NCBI RefSeq assembly: GCF_009914755.1
Contig: NC_060928.1
From: the human T2T-CHM13v2.0 reference genome, Homo sapiens
Length of the DNA: 64,000 nt
Strand: one strand, 5' to 3'
In this document: positions 58,611 to 64,000 of the stretch, one piece after another
Numbering within the stretch: the stretch's first letter is position 1
Layout: every line of letters begins with the position of its first letter
The notes under the pieces: generated by a model
Told to the model about the DNA's origin: nothing
What the model saw: only the letters and a program-made list of their open reading frames with translations
Databases searched by the model: none
Made by a program: the position numbers and the translations under genes

Positions 58611-59565
58611 CAGAAATTATTATTAAGTATTTAGGGGTCCAAAATTGATCATTTACTCAAAAAGAATGAAAATGTGTATTATTAACTGCATTGTTCTGTA
58701 ACATATTTTAGGCTACTTGATTTTTCTTATTTATTAAATTATAGTTTTTAAAGTTTGTTAGGACTATTACATACAGTATTTCAATTGATCATCCCAACAG
58801 TCTCATTATATAGTGTTCCTGCTGATCACACAAATAAGGAAACTGAGTTTCAGAGTAGTTGATAAATTTTCTCTACAATCATAGGACTAATAAGCAATGA
58901 GTCTTTAAATTAGATTCCAAGTCTGCCAATTCCTAATGCCACATGTCATTATTATACTGAATGTCTATTTTAGCCAAAGACTTAGTTGATAGCTCAGTTT
59001 GTTTTCCCATGCCATTAGTATGGAGGTTTCTTTCCTAGTTAGGTCCAGTCTATATCCTTAATTCATTTAGATGTGTATGTTTGATACAGGCCCAAGGATG
59101 ATTATAAAGCTACATCAGAGGAAAACTAAGGTTATCCAAATTTTTGCTTTAATATTCTCAAATCATTTTTTCTTCACTCACAAAGACATTTCTAGAGTTT
59201 TCTTTTTCTTTTTTTCTCATTATGAAGTATAAAGTAGCCAAAAATCCTTTTCTCAAGTAATGTCTGCCAAGACACTTCTATCCAGACTCAGTCAAAGACC
59301 AACAGAAGTTAGAACAGATGCTCAATGAGTTCGAGCCACTGGAGATGGTCAATATGGATATTATGTGGCTCTGTAAACCTGACTTTAAGGCCTTACTTGA
59401 GACTTTTCACACATTTGGGTTTAGCTAAATATTTAGAAAATGATGGTTCCAAAGGAGCAGGCTATGGTCTTATTTTATTTACTTTAGCAAATTATAATAT
59501 TGAGCTCCAGAACATGGCATCGTACAAAGAAAAAAAATGTAATTTAGTACCAGTACCTATGCTTA

Positions 59566-59580
59566 TACACACACACACAC

Positions 59581-59621
<41 letters not shown>
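59566..59621. repeat. Interrupted (CA)n microsatellite
   Basis: Directly visible. Confidence 0.97.
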
Positions 59622-59624
<3 letters not shown>

Positions 59625-59708
59625 TATTTCATTTTGCATGTTTGGTGAGCATGACAAAAGCCAAGCTATCTATGAAGTGAGCTAACTGAGATAGGATATG
59701 AGAATCCA

Positions 59709-59749
<41 letters not shown>

Positions 59750-59795
59750 TACACACACACACACGCACATACACACACACAGAGAGAGAGAGAGA
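59709..59795. repeat. Compound (CA)n-(GA)n microsatellite
   Basis: Directly visible. Confidence 0.97.
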
Positions 59796-59799
59796 TGTA

Positions 59800-60325
59800 G
59801 AAGAGATTCGTTGCAGAATTGTTTTAGTTGTAAAAAACCTAAAACAACTGCAATGAGCATTAATAGAATAATGATTAAATAATTAACAGTATATTCATAT
59901 CATACTATAGTATGTAGCTATTAAGTAAAATGAGTTATATTTCTACTCATTTAATTGGAGAATTTCTGTGCTGTGTCATTAAGAAAGGAAAGATTACAGA
60001 AATAAATATATACTATCTTTTCAATACATGACAAAAGCCACATATATATACACACACACACACATAATGTTATAAGCATGAGCAAAAATACACAAAATTG
60101 CCTACCACATTATTAATTGGTTAGAGAAAGGAAGTAGGATAGAGGAGGAGAGGTGATAAGCAATAAACAGACAAAAATAAATAAATGACTAAACAAATAG
60201 CTGTGAAAAAAGTAACAATGCATATGATTAAAAAGTATTATATATAAAATGATCTTATTGTTTTTTAAGTAGAAGGAGAGAGAAAACCACCAGAATGTTG
60301 ATAGTGATTGTCTCTGAATAGTAAA
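59800..60325 (+). mobile_element. Ancient L1ME 3' remnant
   Basis: AAAAAACCTAAAACAAC...ACAGTATATTCATA...TATGTAGCTATTAAG, and CACCAGAATGTTGATAGTGATTGTCTCTG. Confidence 0.6.
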
Positions 60326-63300
60326 TTTTTAAAATACAAGGTGGTATACAGAAGACAGAGAAGGTGGCAAGAGAGATAATGTGGTAAAGTTGGCATTTGG
60401 GCATTATAATCAGGCTATTCATTCTATTTTAAGACTTCCCCAGGGACTATCAAGAGACTATTACCATTAGTCTTTTTAGAATGAGAATTTGATGGATAAT
60501 TTGATAAAAATCATTCTTTCTGTTAGAACATCTGATATTAAGGTTTCCAAATGGGCCCAATAGAGTCCTTACTGGAAAGGTAACTAAAAGTTCTAAGGGA
60601 TATCAGAACTGCTTTATTTTTGGAAGGAATATTACTGAATCCTTTTCCACTCTATTTTCAGTCAAGAGTTCCTAAAACCTCTTTCTCCTCCAACAAAACA
60701 GTACAGACCTAGAATTATTCCTATAGATTTCTCCCTTTTAAGCTCTGTACTTATTACAAAATCACAAATCATAAGACTGCCTTCCAAGGATAGAAAATGA
60801 TAGATTAATTTCTTCATTTCTTCAAAGTAATGTGGGTTTTGATATAAACTTGATTTAATTCAGATTCATATATCCTTTCTCAATTTAGCTTGCTTCATAA
60901 CTAGCTTTGCTTTCTTGGGTTACCATGCATACCACATATTGGTTACCATTCTGGTCATGTAGTCATAGTCCACCTAAGGATAGTCAGCCAAAACCACCAT
61001 ATTCTGAATATCCGATTAGATCTTCCATGCATCTGATTTTATTTCTGCTCTTATTTAGATATTGAGAAAAATGGAAACACTAATATCCTATGAACCTCTG
61101 GAACTAAGGAACTTACAGAAAATCTATTGTGTCATATTCCATTATGTGGTTTTAAAAATGTGAGTGAAGTTTATGAATCATTATCTTGATGAATTAATCA
61201 ATTTAATTTTTTTGTTTTGATTATTGACTAACTTGTAAACAAGCCCCAAAATTTCACTGAATAGAGATCAGTTCTTAAAACTTTAGTACAAGTAGCCTTA
61301 TACTATCAAACTGATGACAGTAATTGCTGGAACAATCAATAAAATATCACTTTGACATATCTCAAAATATATTTATTAATATTTTGTATAAAGTCACTAC
61401 TAATTCATTTCTAAAGAGTAAATTTTTTAACTTAATTTTACTTTTGCCATATGCTTTTGTCATCTCCTGGAAATCTGTCAATTCTCTATGTTTTCAGGAA
61501 TTATAGACTCATTCATTTTTGAGTTGTTAGAGAATGGAAATTCTGGATTATTAATTATTTTAGTTATGTGAAAGTCTCCATTTATGTTTTATAAGGATGA
61601 ACAATTTTTCAGAAATTTGGAATGTAATAAGATGACAGCACTAACACACTTATTGCTGATCTTGAGTGCCCCAAACACATGACACCACTTAATTCACATT
61701 CAACTGATGCATTTGATCATTTGCTATCCACTGTACACTATGCCAGGGCCCTGAAAGATAAACTTTGCCTTTCAGGAACTCAGAATCTAGTGGGACTGAG
61801 AAATAATTTTAAAACAATAGGGTAAGTGCTGCAATCAAAGTAGAAGAGAGTTGTGGGAGCTCAAAAGAGTGAGTGACTGATCCTAGAATCCAATTTCCCA
61901 GGGGCTCTATCCTCTTCTCACCTTATGCTCTCTCCATGGTGAGCTAATCCATTCCCACAACTTCATCTGTCACTCATGAGTCACATAGCTGTGTTTTTCC
62001 TTGAGCCCTGTCTTCCTATATTCTGACCCATAACTACTTATTTGGCACCTCTATGTGCATGCGCCACTGACACCCACAACACAAACCCATCTTAGATGAA
62101 TTAGCCATCTTCAGCCCCCAATCTTCAACTCTTCTTATCGTAGTCTACCTACCTACTCAGGTCAGAAACCTGGTGGCCATCCTTTGGTGCCTCCTTCTCC
62201 CTAACCTCCCATATTAAAAGGTCACCAAGTGCTGCCTTAAATAACTCACAGTTTTCCTCTCTTTCACCTTCCTTTAGTGGAGTATTAAGTCAACTCTGAT
62301 TTATCTATTCTCTAGGCTAATGCAAGCACTTATTAAACTGATATCCTCCTACTCGATCATTTTGTATCCTTTACTGGGCAGATGCCAGTAAAGAAAAGTG
62401 GAACCACTCTGAGTTCTCTGAGAGTTTGAAGTGACGGGAATTTCACGCACGGAGCTGGTTACACAGGTGATGGAAGAACTGAGAAGCCTGCAGAGAACAG
62501 TGGAAAAGCCTGGAAATAAGCAGTGCTAAGTCTCCCCCACTAGCCTATGAGTTCCTTGAGGCAGAGAACATATACCAGTCAGCCTTTATGTCTCAGCATC
62601 TGGCATAATACAATCGTTTAAATATAGTAAACAACCATTAAAAGTTGAAAGAATGAATTAGCCATTCTAACAAGCTAAAATATTTTGACTTGGAAGTTTC
62701 TAGAAAACTTTCCCTACTTCAGGCTCAACATTTAACTATATCTTACCATGGAAACAACAAAAACTATTTGAGCTTCTGATTATTTAGATTCTTGAATGTA
62801 AGCCATTTAGGCTGTCACTGTGTGAAATGTAAATTTTATCATATCTATTTAAAGAAATTGGATTCATCATCAAAAAAGATTTTTACATTTTTTTAAAAAA
62901 TGGATCTTTATAGTTTTAAGAGTAGATATTAGATTAAGAATGCTAAAACTCTGTGCTATATTAGTACAGGCTCAGAGTTTCATATACTGAGTCTCATGCC
63001 ATGCGGTTCATTTTATTGGAATCCATACTCCAGTTGGCATATCAGTGTCATATGTGCCCCATGTATTAAAATGTGTTCCATGTGATTTTCTTAGATGATT
63101 ATCATTCAGTGTAGCATCACAACTACATGACTCTGTTCAGTCATTGGGTTGATTAATTTCAAAATTTTTCAGAACACAAGACTAACAAAAAGTCTGACTA
63201 CACAGTTGGGTAGACCAAATGGGGCTATTTAGGATGCGACAAAGGTAAAAGAAGATTATGTTCCCTGAAGCACACACTAGGCTACAGCTGGGAAAAATCA

Positions 63301-64000
63301 ATAATAAATAAGAACATGGACTTTAGCAACAATGGTAATAAAGAATGCATGTATTTTAAAGGTATTATAACAAAACAAGACTAAGGAATAAGCACAACAA
63401 ACACATATTAATAGTTAACATAACACTAGATGATGTAAAGATAAAAGATTAGAAATTAACAGCAAACCTGAAGGATACAGTGATGAATTTCTGCTTTAGA
63501 ATGTACTTAATGGTGACAGTGAAAAGAAAAACATTCATTTAGACAGAAGGTTCTATTAGAAACAGGTGTTTTGTGGTTGATTACAATTATGGTTTAGATT
63601 GGTTTATTTATCAGGCCATTTTTCACTGAATGTCTTTGTCACATACAAATTATGGTTGTTTTTTTTTTTTTTTCTTATCCTAAGGGGCGTTTCTTTTTAC
63701 TGGCATGTATACTAGTATATACAGGTGACTTGTCCTGGTAATTTATTTTTATTGTGTTTGATAGGGAATTCTTTTGCTGGCAAGTAAATATGTATTTCTT
63801 CTCTTCCTTGCTGTCTTGGTTAATAAACAAAACCCAAATCAAATATTTCTCCCTTTTTAAAAGTCGTTTAACATCTCTAGGTCTAAGATTTCTCAGCATA
63901 CCTCCCTTTTTTCAGTTCAGGGAGGTGGGCTAGATGATTGTTTGAGGTTTCCTTGGCCTTTAATGTATGCAATTATTGGTAATGAGATTCTGATATGTGT

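Noticed and set aside
59650-60040. 14-bp direct repeat CATGACAAAAGCCA (59650-59663 and 60027-60040) as a possible TSD
   Set aside because: L1ME-like sequence continues past the second copy and there is no poly(A), so it does not delimit an insertion

Overview
This window is AT-rich, CpG-poor human genomic DNA. A full-length Alu carrying all five AluYa5 diagnostic positions fixes the species. It looks like deep intronic or intergenic sequence. I found no recognisable protein-coding exon, RNA gene, CpG island or CRISPR-like array, and I could not name the locus. The supplied ORFs are Alu, L1, LTR or simple-repeat read-throughs, or chance ORFs. The content is mostly interspersed repeats: 11 Alus, several L1 fragments, L2 and MIR, MaLR LTRs, the MER20, MER5, MER45 and MADE1 DNA elements, microsatellites, and an ~820-bp TA-rich tract. 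The strongest unusual observation is a 105-bp copy of non-Alu flanking DNA (19510-19614) pasted inside an Alu 2 kb downstream (21581-21685). It is followed by a re-copied 17-bp Alu segment with microhomologies, which reads as a fossil multi-step template-switch repair scar. Also notable are a young AluYa5 with a perfect 16-bp TSD, a palindromic 44-bp AT minisatellite, a rearranged L1 lacking a 3' end, a possible ancient RTE-type RT remnant, two minus-strand exon-like segments and two motif clusters. I do not see support for a new biological system. Subfamily names and most repeat boundaries were assigned by eye and are approximate.
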